A DNA stretch of 64,000 nucleotides from assembly GCF_000143415.4 (NCBI RefSeq), contig NW_003314265.1, positions 1,125,410-1,189,409 on the forward strand, given 5' to 3'. Numbering within the stretch: position 1 is the stretch's first letter; every line of letters begins with the position of its first letter. Of the stretch, positions 1 to 12,555 are shown piece by piece. The notes under the pieces are model-generated. The model saw only the letters and a list, made by a program, of their open reading frames with translations, had not been told where the DNA came from and did not search any database. The DNA comes from Selaginella moellendorffii (Eukaryota > Plantae > Lycopodiophyta). The translations under genes and the position numbers were made by a program.

Positions 1-1003
1 AATTGCATGAAAGGCACTGTTGAAGCTGCACTTGTGACAGAGGTTCCAGACTTTAAAGGGTTTGTAAGAGGCTACATCAGGGATGGATCCGAAACGCTGA
101 TTGGCCACTCCAAGCCTCTTCAGTTTCATTTCAGCATGCGTGACGGTGCTCCAGTGATGAGGTACAAGATAAAAGAATGGGACACAATGTGGCTGCCAAT
201 GGACGGCATTGAACTCTTCAAGAGAGATCCCATAACTGGGGAACCTATGATTCCTCAGGGTTCCCCACGGCCAATGCACCCGAATGGACTCAAAGACCAG
301 GAAAGTATAGTGGCCGGGATTAGACAGCATATTGCCTTCTGGAAGAGGGGGTTGGTGTTTGGTGGAGAATCCTATTTTCAGAGGTGCAAGCTTTTGCTTG
401 AATACTAGGAGAAGATTATATCTGCTATCCAAAATGGGCCGGTTGTATATGAAGAATTGGAAGAGTCCTTTTGGCCAGAACCCAGAGCACCAGATAGTAG
501 CGGAACAATGTCCTCTGGAAATGCAGTGATAGATAACGATGTTGAGGATCACTATTGTGGGCCGAGGAACAAGAAGCCGGATTCAGCATTCAATCCAGTA
601 TAGGTCTGCAAAGGAATGGTCATGCTTGTCAGACCCAGTAATAAAAAACAAATGATATGGGTGGGGCGCTGCATCACTGATGTAGAGGAGGATGCGGAAA
701 CTAACTCATTCAATATAACTGTGGAGTGGTTCAAGCCAAGTTCCGGATATACGAAGGATTGCCTAGAAAAGAGATGGGTGCTGAATCCAAGGGATCCCAG
801 CATGAGCATATCGGTGGATAATGTTGTGCATGGTTGGATGCGGAAGCAGAGTGCCACCATCACCTTGCCAGACCATGCAAGAGATGCAGCAAGAGCATTC
901 ATAACCTGGGTTCAAGGTGAGATTCATTAATATTCCTTTACTAAGTTTCTAATGTATTTTATTTCAAGGTGAACAATCCGAATCTGAATCAGAGGAGGCG
1001 TGA
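1..1003 (+). pseudogene. Transposase-associated (DUF7869-like) gene, 3' part, pseudogenised
   Basis: ORFs 7..408 and 616..930 share one frame, broken only by TAG at 406-408 and 601-603. The motif GHSKPLQFHF...MRYK...WLP resembles DUF7869-type transposon proteins (recalled, not searched). A probable last intron at 917-968 gives a terminal exon GEQSESESEEA*. The gene is cut by the window edge. Confidence 0.5.
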
Positions 1004-2376
1004 TGGCATGTGGCCTTACGCCATTCCTAGGTGAGATGATACAAATAACAAGTATAAATTCTTAGTTGTTCTAGCAAATCTTACTTAAAGTTCAAGGTGA
1101 ACAAGCCAAATATGAATTCATCGGATTGTTATAATAAATTGCGAGGTGATGGCATGAAGCAATACGCCATTTGAGAGTGGTAGCCATTCCTATATGAGGT
1201 GAGTGAAATATTTATTAGAAATACCTCATTCAATTGTGCACTTCTAAGTCTTGGTCCACTCAGTACTGTTTGCATGTTTTTATTTTAATTCTTTCTCTAA
1301 AATGTTATTTAGCATGTGGCTTTATGCCATTGCTCTCCACAATCATGCATTGAATTTTTCTATCCTTGCATAATACTTCTCCATATATATAGCATGTGCG
1401 CACATGTGATATGGTTCATTAGGCCTGATATAGTGTGTGAGGTAAAACAAAGATGATGTGACATATGCATTTACCAATCACACGTGCATAAATCTAATAA
1501 TATGGCGTGTGGCCCATATTAGTGGCACATAAACCCATATTATGGGCTTACGTGCTTTATGTACCATCATTCCCTTGCAGCGTGTGTGTTGGTTTCCTTT
1601 TATAACACAACGAACTCCATATTTTAGGGTGAAGAGCGTTCTCATGGCAAGCACAAAATCTGTAAGTGAGGCAGAAAAGGAGACGGAGAAGGAGATAAGT
1701 GAAGATGTAGAATATATAAGTCTTCCAAACTCCCCGTACTATACTCCAGGTGATCATTTTTCTGAACAAACGGCAACATTAACAACTATCGAGAACGCCC
1801 CAATAACGTCAGAGACAACAATCCAAAGCAAAACAACTGACCCAGAGAAGGATGATAGTACCGCTGAGAGTACCAAAAAGGAGGTGTCCACTAGCGCTTA
1901 GGCTTATAATGGCATGTGCCCTCATGCCATTTACTTGATCACCAAATACCTTTTTCCCTTTGCACTAGTATATCTTAATACCGGTCTGAGAAATAGAATG
2001 GCATGTGCCCTCAGGCCTTTTACTAAATCACCTTTGAAAGAAATGCAAGCCTCTATGTCGTAAAAAAAAGGTACTAGAGAAATTCCTTAATAATATGAAT
2101 GTTATTTAGTTTCATGAAAATACACTAAGGGTCAAATGAGTTAAATGACTTCTCCAGACTAGCAATGCCTCTTGCTACACCTTCATAATTAGATTTGTTA
2201 GAAAAAGATAACATTGAATAATATCTAAATGTTTTCACCATTAAGTTATATGTCTGGCTAATAGGAATGACGTTCATCTTGGAAAGCTCACCACACGCTC
2301 AATGAACAAACAAATAGTGTGTGCGCGCATGCCATCGCTCTTCTTTAGCTTCAGATTCGGCTTGTTCACCTTGACA
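1003..2376. repeat. Dispersed quasi-palindromic motif ATGGCATG-n-(A/C)(C/T)GCCAT; probable transposon subterminal repeats
   Basis: Copies near 1003, 1149, 1311, 1502, 1909 and 1998. Also, 963-988 (ttcaaggtgaacaatccgaatctgaa) recurs directly at 1091 and inverted at 2351-2376. Confidence 0.5.
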
Positions 2377-2578
2377 ATGAGATTTATTATACAACCAGAT
2401 GGACTCAGTCTGGACACAAAGTCACCGCGCTAGTCACCATGCCCCAGATATGTCTAGCCCCTGGACAAAAAACATATAATTTCACGTCATTTTCAAATAC
2501 TTGAAAATTTGTACTTAGTCCCATTTTACTGAATAAATCCCACTTTAACGAAATAGAGCTTAAAAGAGAAAAACTTAC

Positions 2579-4680
2579 AGAAAGTAGGGACATTCTCAGC
2601 TCCCGTTCCTCGTCATCTTGCTCGGCATACTTCTTGAGTTTAGCTTTCCCTTCTTCCTGCGGACCTGCTTGTTGCTCCCTTCACTGGGCTTGGCTCCTGA
2701 CCTATCCTCCTCTATGCCATCTTTCCCATTTTCCTGGGCCACTTCCTGAGTGTTTCCACCTTTCTTCAACTTCCTTCACTCTGCTTTTGATATGTACTGC
2801 TTCTCCCTGGCTACCTTTGTCTCTTGAACAGCGTCATCAACGTGGTCTTCTGTTTGAACTTCACCCAGTCCGTACTTATTCGTATCTACCTGAGACGGAA
2901 GAACGGACTTGAGCTCTAGCGCCTTATCAAGCAAGCTATCGATATCTGAGTCAGATTGTGGAGCCTGTTCCTCATGCTCATCCATTGCTGCGTTCTCTGT
3001 TTCCAGTGCTCTAGCTTCCTCTGATTCCGCTTCCTCCGATCTAGCTTCCTCTGCTTCCATCACACTAGCTTTCTCTATCGTGCTTCCACCATCACCGCTT
3101 TCTTTTCTCTCATGAACGTTGTCCTGACTATCCTCTACACTAGCGTCGTCAATCTCTTCATCGTCCTGAATCTCTGCTTCTGGTTCTTCGTTGTCCCCTT
3201 TAGCTCTAATTCTCCTCTCGTTAAAGTGAGCAGGGATGGAGCTTTTATCAAGCCTGAAAAAGAGTCCAAACCCCATGACAAGTGGATACGGTGGAAGAAA
3301 ATTCTTCTTTCCCCGTATCATGAGACTTCCAACCGTGAGATATTCACCTGTTGGGGCATTCTTGCTCACTTGATGATCATATACCCACCAAGCACTTGTA
3401 ATGATCTGCGACAAACCTGTCAAAAAAAAAAAACAAAAATTGAAGGAACTGCATTGCGAAGGATAAACAAACAGCTCGTTACCGTAGGTCCTGCAGGTCC
3501 AAAAGCATAACATACATACCTGCAGGTCCAAAAGCATAAGATGAAACATGTGAAATCAACTTCATACTACGTACAAATTGCCTTTCTTCATGTAGCGCTT
3601 GACAATTTGTTCGTTCTGTTGAGCATCTCGTCCACTGATGATAAGATAGTTCTCACTGCTTATGAACAGTTAAACTTTTCGAACCAGTGGTGTGTGAAAT
3701 AGTTGCAACATCCTTCGCCTGTGAAAGAACTTCAAATCAGCACAAATTACAAACAACCATAAGATTTGCTGAAACAACCATAAGATTTGCTGAAGCCATA
3801 CCTTATCCATGGGTTTTGTTTTATCATCGTCATCCATATTGTCAAGATTATTGCTTAGGAGTAATGTTATGTGGTTCTTTTCGAGTTGCAAACTGTGTAT
3901 GAGTCCGCTACGGGGTTGCCAGCTTTTCTTTCTTCTTTAATCATGTGTCCCAAGTCTTTCCAATCCATAGCGCAGCACGAACCACATCAATGGCTAGATC
4001 GACGTCAGCCAGGTTGTATTCGATGAGCTCAGCTGTGTGTACTGCTTGATCAACTTCACGTTTCAGAGATTCCACTCGACTTCTCTACATGCCAGTTACG
4101 AGTTGAGAACATTTAAAATTTATTCCAGTGTTCAGTACCTGATCAACACGAATTTTTTCAAGCTTTGAGTAGGCGGAATCCTCCTGTGTCTTTCGCTGCT
4201 GGTCCAGTCGCTGGCCCTCAATCTTACTGAAGAATTCATCCAGCACCGCATCAAAAGTGTCGAACTTTACATACTCCCGGTGATGCGTCTTACGTAATGC
4301 TCTGGAGTTGATTGTGAGCCTTTGCAGATGTTCGATGAGTTTTCTCCACTCCTATTGAAGCAGAGTGCTATCCACCTTCTCTTCCGCGGACTCTGCAGTC
4401 TTCTTCTTGGCAGTCTTGTTTGGATGAAACGTGATATATCCTTCCGGCATAAAATCACCTGTCGTCACACTTTCCAGCCAATCTTCGAATCTTTTGATAG
4501 CTTCCAGTAGCGAATGAAGATCCTTCTCAGATACCATCGACCTGTTGGAAGCGTCACAAACTTTCATATTTGGGTGCAGGCCAGCGTCCAGAATTACGTG
4601 CTCAAACACCGCTGGTCCATAGCTAAAGCTGTCTAGCAAGATCGACCTCAAAGTAAATCCCTTGTCATCCTTTTTCACGT
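2579..4680 (-). pseudogene. NEMF: Truncated, intron-containing NEMF/Rqc2 (ribosome quality control) pseudogene fragment
   Basis: Motifs [79 protein letters not shown] and KYAEQDDEERELRMSLL are present. It has frameshifts near 3905 and 3970, missing exons, an internal inversion and no N- or C-terminus. Confidence 0.9.
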
Positions 4681-5849
4681 CATTAATCAGTGTAAATAGT
4701 TTTTATTTTTATTTTCTCTTAATATTTTTTATATTTAGGACAAGGGATCTCGCGGAAGAAATGTCTCTTAACACAAGATTGGAGCACATGGTTATTATAT
4801 TTCCATCAAAACTAAAGGATCTTGAGCTCATTTTTTTTTTGCCACACTTCAGGGCTTTAGCATTTCAGAAGACAGTCCATATGGGAAAACTATTATAAAA
4901 TCATAATATAAAATTTTACTTTACACCTTAATAAGATTTAGTGGTTAAAAATATTTTTCTGAGTTAATAGTAGTTAAATTATTATTTATTTATCCAAATG
5001 ATCAATTAGAATTATATAATTATAAATAGTATTTATAAAAAGTTAATTTTAGTGCATATTAACCATTGGAATAAAATTTTAGTGACTTATAAACATGTTT
5101 ATAAGTTATAAATATATATTTATATGAATTAAATGGTAGAATATCCCAAAATATCCAAGCACATTCTAGGTATATCCACCACCAGCTATAAATATATATG
5201 ATAAATATTAAAATCTAAAAACTTAAAATATAAGAAATACTGAATATTATCATAATATTCTTAAAACCCAAGAAAATGAAAGCTACAGTATATGTCCACT
5301 TATAAATAGTAAAATTGTCTTTCACAATATTGTTAAATAAATTTAAAATACATAGCTGTATTATCAATGTTATTTCCTGAAACAAGTACCAAAAATTAAA
5401 TCATCAATACTATAAAATATTTTATTAAGAATAAAAATATATAAAATAAAATAAACTAAAATCCTTCAAATCTAGAGAAATAAAAGTGAAAGTGTATATT
5501 TAAACAATTTTAGTGTGCAACATATCTGCCCATATACATAACATAGGTTTAGGGAAGTTAAATATTTTTTAAATAAATTCTATTCATATATAACACATAA
5601 ATCTCTCCTAATTTATATAGTTTATGTGTGAAGTTAGTTTTTGTAAAGGTTATTCACACTTAAAACATAAATATCTTATGTAAGAAAATATGTTAAATTT
5701 GGTATACATATACAACTATCTTAACAGAATACAAATCATCATAATTGAAAGAAAGGTGGTATATCAAATAGATACTATATTATTCAAATCTTTCAAATAC
5801 TACAAAGGTATAACACTAGAGTGTCTTGTACTTAAGTTCTAGTAAGTGT

Positions 5850-6040
5850 TAGAATTAGATCTTCTTTTAGTTCAACAAGAGCACGTTGAGGATCTTTATA
5901 TTTGATATGCTCTCTATTTTCTTTTCTTCATCTCATCTTGTGCTCAAGCGCCTAGAGTTCTTCATTTGTGTCTGTATCTCCAAGGTCTATTAGAAAGTTG
6001 TGTAAAACATGCTTTCACAACATTTGGTAGAAATGCTAGC
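5850..6040 (+). mobile_element. Possible degenerate LTR end plus primer-binding site
   Basis: A TGTTAG...CACAACA segment is followed after 2 nt by TGGTAGAAATGCTAGC (6025-6040). No partner LTR is seen. Confidence 0.25.
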
Positions 6041-6769
6041 TTCATTTGTAATCGAGAGCCAAGACACCTGATTTTCTACTTCAAGAGTCCAAAACACTAT
6101 TTCACAATAACTTGAGCTTGATGGTGTTGCTTATTGAATCCCTTCTTACCAAAGTAATGATGACTCTAGAAAATGAAAGTGAAAAGATGCACAAAGGACT
6201 TCTATCATGAGACTTACCTACAATTTGAGTTGATATCCTTTATCACCTACCAAGTAAGGCTTGATGTTATGGCCAATTATATTAATTTCTGGTTCTTGCA
6301 ACACCAAACAAGACTCTATTTTTTGTTGAATAGTAAATACTCACATATCATGAACACTACCTGGAAACAGTAAATTTAGTTGATACCTTAAAAAAAACAC
6401 AACTAACATGACCTAGCCAGCCATAATAGATTGATAGAAACCTCTTCCTCACATCATAAATTGCTTGGAGAATGATGTTGTACCCCTACTTCCTATTGGG
6501 GTAATATACATTGTGTAGAGAGTTCCATTGCATAATCTCAAAGTATGTGCAATTTATAGTTCATTCAAGTAAACCATTAGAACTTACAACATTTACTACC
6601 ACATGAAAAAACTATAAACATCAACGTGTGGCAATAGTCCGAGCAATAAAAGATAAATTCAAGTTTATATTAACTAACACAAAGAGAAAAATAGAAGACA
6701 TCTTGTTATGAAAACAAGTTTAGAAAGTAAATATTGTATTGTTATAAATGTGATTGCGGGTATCGAAAG

Positions 6770-7510
6770 TTACCTGGACTAGTTTTTTCAGATATTCTTT
6801 TTTTACTACCACGATGGTAGGAGGTCGGTATTGCTAAACCCTTTATTAATCTCTTTTATTCAAATGTTAGTAAACTTGATTTAACATCTATACTTGGCTG
6901 GACAAGTATAAAGAAGAAATTCCTAAGTGTCTATTTAGCCAAGTATATTTGGCCTAGTTTATTAGTTCTCTTTTGCTCTATCCTACATTAATTTGACAAA
7001 AACCTTGGTGATATTAAATTTAGTCCCTCAATATTATCAAATGATAGCTTACTATGTCTACCAAACACCCTTGTTATATTGGTCCCGTTTGGTTCTATTG
7101 GCTATTTATGGAAAGTGATAGTTGGTGGAGTACCTATATCTTCACATTAAATTATAATATATTAAAATACCACTAAACTCTATTTGGCTCTATTTTATGT
7201 GCTAGTTCTGGTATTGGGATGTTGGATACTCTAAGATTATTCCTATGTTATTTTATGCTTCTATCCCTTCACTCTTTGAGTGTCATGCTTGGGAGTTATT
7301 CCATGCTTCAGTTCCTTCACTCCTAGGCTCCATGTTTAGGATTTTAGCTTTGTTCTTTCATTCAGTGGCCTAAAGCCTTGAAATTCAGGTTCTGCTCCAC
7401 TATCCTTGGATATATGGCACGTAGCATGTGACATGTGGGACATGGAGGGTTTAAGTTTTGCTTCATGTTTGTCCTATAGTAAAACACTATAGGGCAAAGG
7501 GTGGAAATTA
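6770..7510 (+). repeat. Old dispersed repeat family, copy 1
   Basis: 7200-7460 is similar to 13640-13860 (direct) and to 40080-40350 (inverted). Shared words include gtggcctaa..ttgaaatt and ctatccttgga. Confidence 0.6.
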
Positions 7511-7789
7511 TGGTGCACTACATATATAAACTAGAGTAAACCCCTTGATAATATTCCTGAAAAAAGGATAAATGGGTTATTGATTTATTTATGCAAGGAC
7601 ACTTTACTATTTGTATGACTTCTTATTTCCCAAAGAAATATTTGTGTCAAAACCTTTCACCATAGCAACACCAACGGACTCTAATGCAAGATATAACTAT
7701 TTGTCTTCATGGTAGTGAACCTAATTGCAAGTTATAGGTATTCTTCTTCATGGTAGCAGATGCTGAATTTTCTCACACCAAAAGGTATG

Positions 7790-10268
7790 AAGTGACAAGA
7801 GAAACCCAAATGCTAGGGCTTCTTGCTTGTATCTGCCCCCGCTGCATTCACTAGAAGTGCATCCACAAGCAGAGCACAGTTGTAGCAACAAGGCTATGTA
7901 TTAGCTTTGCCATATGTATTCACATTTGCCCAAACCAGGATCATTAGTCACTTTGTTGCAAATTGCAAGAATGAGCAGCAGAAAAGAAAATTGGTGGAAC
8001 AAACTGTTCAATTCCTCAACACATACAAAGAAGTAAAAGCAAAACACCAAGGCTTTTCCAAAAAGCTAGCCTGGTTTCTAAGCCACATATTGCTTGTTTA
8101 TCTGGTGAGTGAGGAGTTGTATTATCCTTCTACTAGTGTTGGAACCAAGGGGTGCAATCAAAGGAACTAGGATGTGTATATAAGTCAAGAAGTGCTATAC
8201 CAATACATGTCAAGTACTTTTTCTTTACACCAGTTTCATCATGGTATCAAAGAAATCAAAAGATTCTCTTTTCTAGGGCTTTGGCTTTTCCAATTGGTGA
8301 GCATTGTATACTGTTCAATGAGATGCATGCTTGGCTATAGTGCGAATATTAAAGGTGGGTATCAAATTTGGATTTTCAGTCAGAAGAAGGTGCTGGTCAG
8401 GCATACTGTTTTTTTTCGAGAAGATGTACTAGCATACTCTGCCTCATCAGTAAGAAATAAGAAAGGCACCAGGTATTATTTACATTCGGTTCTAATCAGT
8501 GGACATGGAAATAATAGTGATGAGGAAGTGGTATCAACTCCAAAGACTTCTCCAGTGGAACCACCACTGCCACTACCTCTTAAACCACCACCTGAGGACC
8601 CACTGCCACCTCAAGAAATTCTTTCTCCAGCTATGTATGATAATGGCTTTGAACTCTTACAAAATTCTAATGAGTTGGATATTGTTCATGCTGATCTAGA
8701 AAGTAGTGGCTTCAAAGTAAGAGTATGGTGAATCTTTGGATGCTCCAAATGCTAGTTCACTACTAAGACATTCTCTCAGACCTTGGAAACCTATTCTATT
8801 TTATTATGCACAAGCTGCACAAGTCATTCATGAGCCAACAAACTTAAATGAAGCACTCTCTAGACTGCAATGTTTTCATTAGCAGAAGCAATGCAGGACA
8901 AATATCATGCTCAATTGGAAAATGGTTCTTGGACACTCATTTCACCATAAGAGGTTCCTTGCAAGGCTTCAATCATATAGTGTAAGTGGGTTCACAAGAT
9001 AAAATACAAGGAGATAAGTGAGATTGATTGGTACAAAGCAAGGTTAGTCATAAAAGGATAGACACAGCAAGCTGGAATTGATTATAGTGAGATTTTTATA
9101 TTTGTAGTTAATATATTCACTTAATATTTGTTAAGAATAAAAAAAAATCTATTTGTTTTGTTCTTGCAATCACTAATCACTCAAACCTTGAGGTTGAGAA
9201 GATGGATGTCAAGAATACATTTCTCAATGGCGAGCTGGAGGAACTGGTGTATATGCAGCAACCTCCAAGTTTTGAAATCCAAGGGAAGGAGCGTTATATT
9301 TGTAAAGTCCAACGATCCATTTATGGATTAAAACGGTCACCAAGGATTTGGTATAATATTTTGCACAATTTTTTCTAACTCTTGGTTTCTTTTGTGCTAT
9401 TATTGTTTTTGTGGTGGCTTGCTTATTCTCATGTGTGTTTATGTTGATAATCTCATCATGGCCAGAAAGACAACAATTCATAAATGGCTTAAAGAAAAAC
9501 TCTCCAAACAACTTCAAATGATAGATCTCGGTAAAATTTCCTTTTTTTTTGGCTTACAAATTGTGCATGATAGAAAAAATAAAGTTTTAAAGGTCCATCA
9601 ACATAAGTATATCTCAAATCTTATTGAGGAGCTACAAGTTGGAGTTGTGTCGCGACTAGACACTGTTTTAGGCCCGGAAGCATGTTGGTAGTGGAGCACT
9701 CCAGGCAAGTCTCGCAGGGCATGGAGTGTAGCAGGTGGCTTCAAGTTCTGCGAAGTCACTTGGGAGGCGCACAACCCAAGAGCAGTGCCGAGCACTTGTG
9801 CTCGTGAAGTGGAGCAAGTGGCCTCAAGTTTCACGGTGGAGGCACCTGGGAGGTGGACGACCCAAGAGCAGCCGGGTGTTCGTGCTCATGGTTTCACTGG
9901 TTTCGCTAGTTACCCTGAGAGTGTGTTCTCAAATTTTGTATTACCCCCTAAGGGGATGTGGAGAAATGTACCTATATGTTGCATCAAATCTTATCGAGGA
10001 ATATAGTGGTTTCTTTACTGCACACCCAGCTCCAACTCCAACGCTCCAATTCAACAAAGCAAATGAACCATGTTCTAAGGGGGAGAAGAAGGAGATGGCT
10101 AAGCTACCATATCAAAACTTGGTTGGAGCATTGATGTATTTAGCCACATCCATAGCTACAACTGTTTCCAAAGTGTGTCAGTTCATGTAGAATCCCCAAA
10201 AGAGATATTGGTATGCAGTAGAGTGGATCTTTAACTACATACAACAAACTTCATCACTTTATCTCGAG
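7790..10268 (+). mobile_element. Ty1/Copia retrotransposon remnant (gag end, post-integrase region, RT)
   Basis: CMLGYS..KGGY.IW, KWVHKIK, YKARLV.KG..QQAGIDY, MDVK..FLNGELEE.VYMQQP, YVDNLI, DLGKISFFFGLQI, PYQNLVGALMYLA. Many stops and frameshifts. Confidence 0.9.
9631..9983. mobile_element. 353-bp insertion inside the Copia RT, flanked by a 17-bp direct repeat
   Basis: tcaaatcttattgagga (9614-9630) and tcaaatcttatcgagga (9984-10000) flank it. The RT frame reads KYISNLIEE on one side and SNLIEEY on the other. It contains an imperfect tandem repeat of ~77 bp. Confidence 0.75.
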
Positions 10269-12066
10269 TGAGACCAATCTAAGTTGTCATCATAGTTGTT
10301 CAAACTGTTAGACTTCAATTGTAGTTTTTGTAAGCAGATCCGCAGTCATCTTCATTGTGGGTATCCTGTGTGTATCCTTTTGCAAATACCCTTGCTTTGT
10401 ACAAATCAATCTCACCTGTCTCTTTGTATTTTATCTTGTGAACCCACTTACACTATATGATTGAAGCCTTGCAAGGAACCTCCTGTGGTGAAATGAGTGT
10501 CTAGGAACCATTCTCCAATTGAGCATGATATTCATCTTGCATTGCTTCTCACCAATGAAAACATTGCAATTCAATGAGTGTTTCATCTAAGTTTGTTGGC
10601 TCGTGAATGACTTGTGCAGCTTGTGCATAATAACATAGAATGTGGGATGTAGGTTTCCAAGGTTTGAGAGAATGTCTTGGCAGTGAACTAGCATTTGGAG
10701 CATCTAAAGATTCACCATTATCATACATAGTTGAAGAAAAAACTTCTTGAGGTGGCAGTGGGTCATCACTATTATTTCCATGTCCACTGATTAAAATCAA
10801 ATGTAAAAAATATCTGGTGCCTTTCTTATTACTGACTAACAAGGAAGAGTACACTGGTACATCTTCTTGAAAGAAAACAGTACACTTGACCAGCACCTTC
10901 TTCTGATTGAAAATCCAAACCCAATAGCCACCTTTAGTATTCTCACTATAGCCAAGCATCATGCATTTTGTTGAACAATCTTCCCATTTATTTTGTCTTT
11001 TCTCAACTGTAATATATGTCCTACACACCCAAACACACATAAATATGTAATAGATGGTTTCAAACCTGTCCAAATTTGTCCAATACTGCTTTTGTATAAA
11101 GGATATTTTTCACATAAACCACAGTATCCACAACCTTGGCCCAAAAGAATATTGGAACATTGGATGCCTTGAACATCGATTTGGCTGCATCAAGGACCTA
11201 CTCCACAAGACCATATTCATATGGCATAGAGATTTGGAGGAAGATACCACGTGATGCAAATTCTCGTGAGAGAAGTTCTCGTCCTCCATCGACTCTGAGT
11301 GTGCAGATTGTCATCCCACGTTTAATTTCTAATTCTCGAATCCATTCCAAGAACTTAAGAGGCACTTCAGATGTCTCTCTTAAGAAATATATAGCTGTGT
11401 AATGACTTAGATTGTTCACAATTAGTAGGAAGTAACGAGCACCATTGAATGACTTTACTGGTGATGTTCCCCAAATGTCAACATGAACTAAGTCTAAAAT
11501 ATTTTTACCTCAAGTATATACTTTCTTTGGAAGTGGTTCTTAGCTCAAAGACATACCTCACGTGTTTAAACTTGTGTTCTTCAAGTCTGGCACTCCAAAT
11601 ACTAGCTTAGGGATTTCCTTTACTTGTTGAAAGCTTATGTGGCCTAGCCAAAGATGCCATAACTGTAAAAATGAGTTTTTAGAAAAGGAGATAGAATGCA
11701 CACTTAGATTGTCTAATGAAAGGAAATAAAGGCTATTCAAAGCCATTGCCTGAGCAATTTGTGTTCGATGAAGAATGAAGTCTACTACAATGCAATGAAA
11801 GAATGTGTACACTCCTTGCTCTGCTAGTTTTGAGACAGACAGGTGTCTTGCTAGCTTTAGCACATATAGAACATTAGAAACCTCAAGTTAAAGACATGAA
11901 AAATAAACTGTGCCATTTGCAATTATTTGTAAAACCTCACCACTCACTGTGCTAACTGCCACATCAAATTTTCTATAGCTTATCTATGAACTAGGACGTG
12001 TCTATAAGTCAAGAAGTGCTGTACCGATACATATCAAGGACTTTTTCTTTAGACCAGTTTCATCAA
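10263..12066 (-). mobile_element. Second Ty1/Copia remnant (protease, GAG-pre-integrase, integrase, RT start fused to RNase H tail)
   Basis: LWHLWLGHISF, DLVHVDIWG, YFLLIV, LRVDGGRE and YKARVFAKGYTQ joined to MTADLLTK. 10380-10975 is an inverted homolog of 8310-9065. Confidence 0.9.
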
Positions 12067-12555
12067 CTGGATAGAAAATTCCTGGAAAGGAAGAAAAATT
12101 CATCTTAGAGAACTGGAAGAAAAACAAAAATCGATCTGCAGGATCCTTGGAAAAATCCAGCGAGCATTCTAAGCTAGCAATTTGCCTCCTTATCTACAAG
12201 CGCCAGGAATTCCAGACTAGGCCCAAACTATTATCCTTCTACTGAAAGTATTCTTCTGGTCTCCAAAACGCACACACAAGATTAAACATCTAACAAATCC
12301 TTGCCTCTCTAGCATAAAGCTAGAAACGAAGAAGGAAAAAATCCATCCAACGTTTCGTGTTCCAAGCTAGAAATTGGGCTACTTACTTGCCTGATAGCCG
12401 AATGTGGCAATGCACACAGCGCTCGAATGCTCCCCACATTAGGTCCAAAAGTCTCGAGCCTGCGAGACGGCGATTACAAACCTCCGGAATTTCTTCCAAG
12501 CGCAGCTACAGCATCTCTCCTAGGTGAGCCAGCGGGCATAAACTCCTACAACTTT

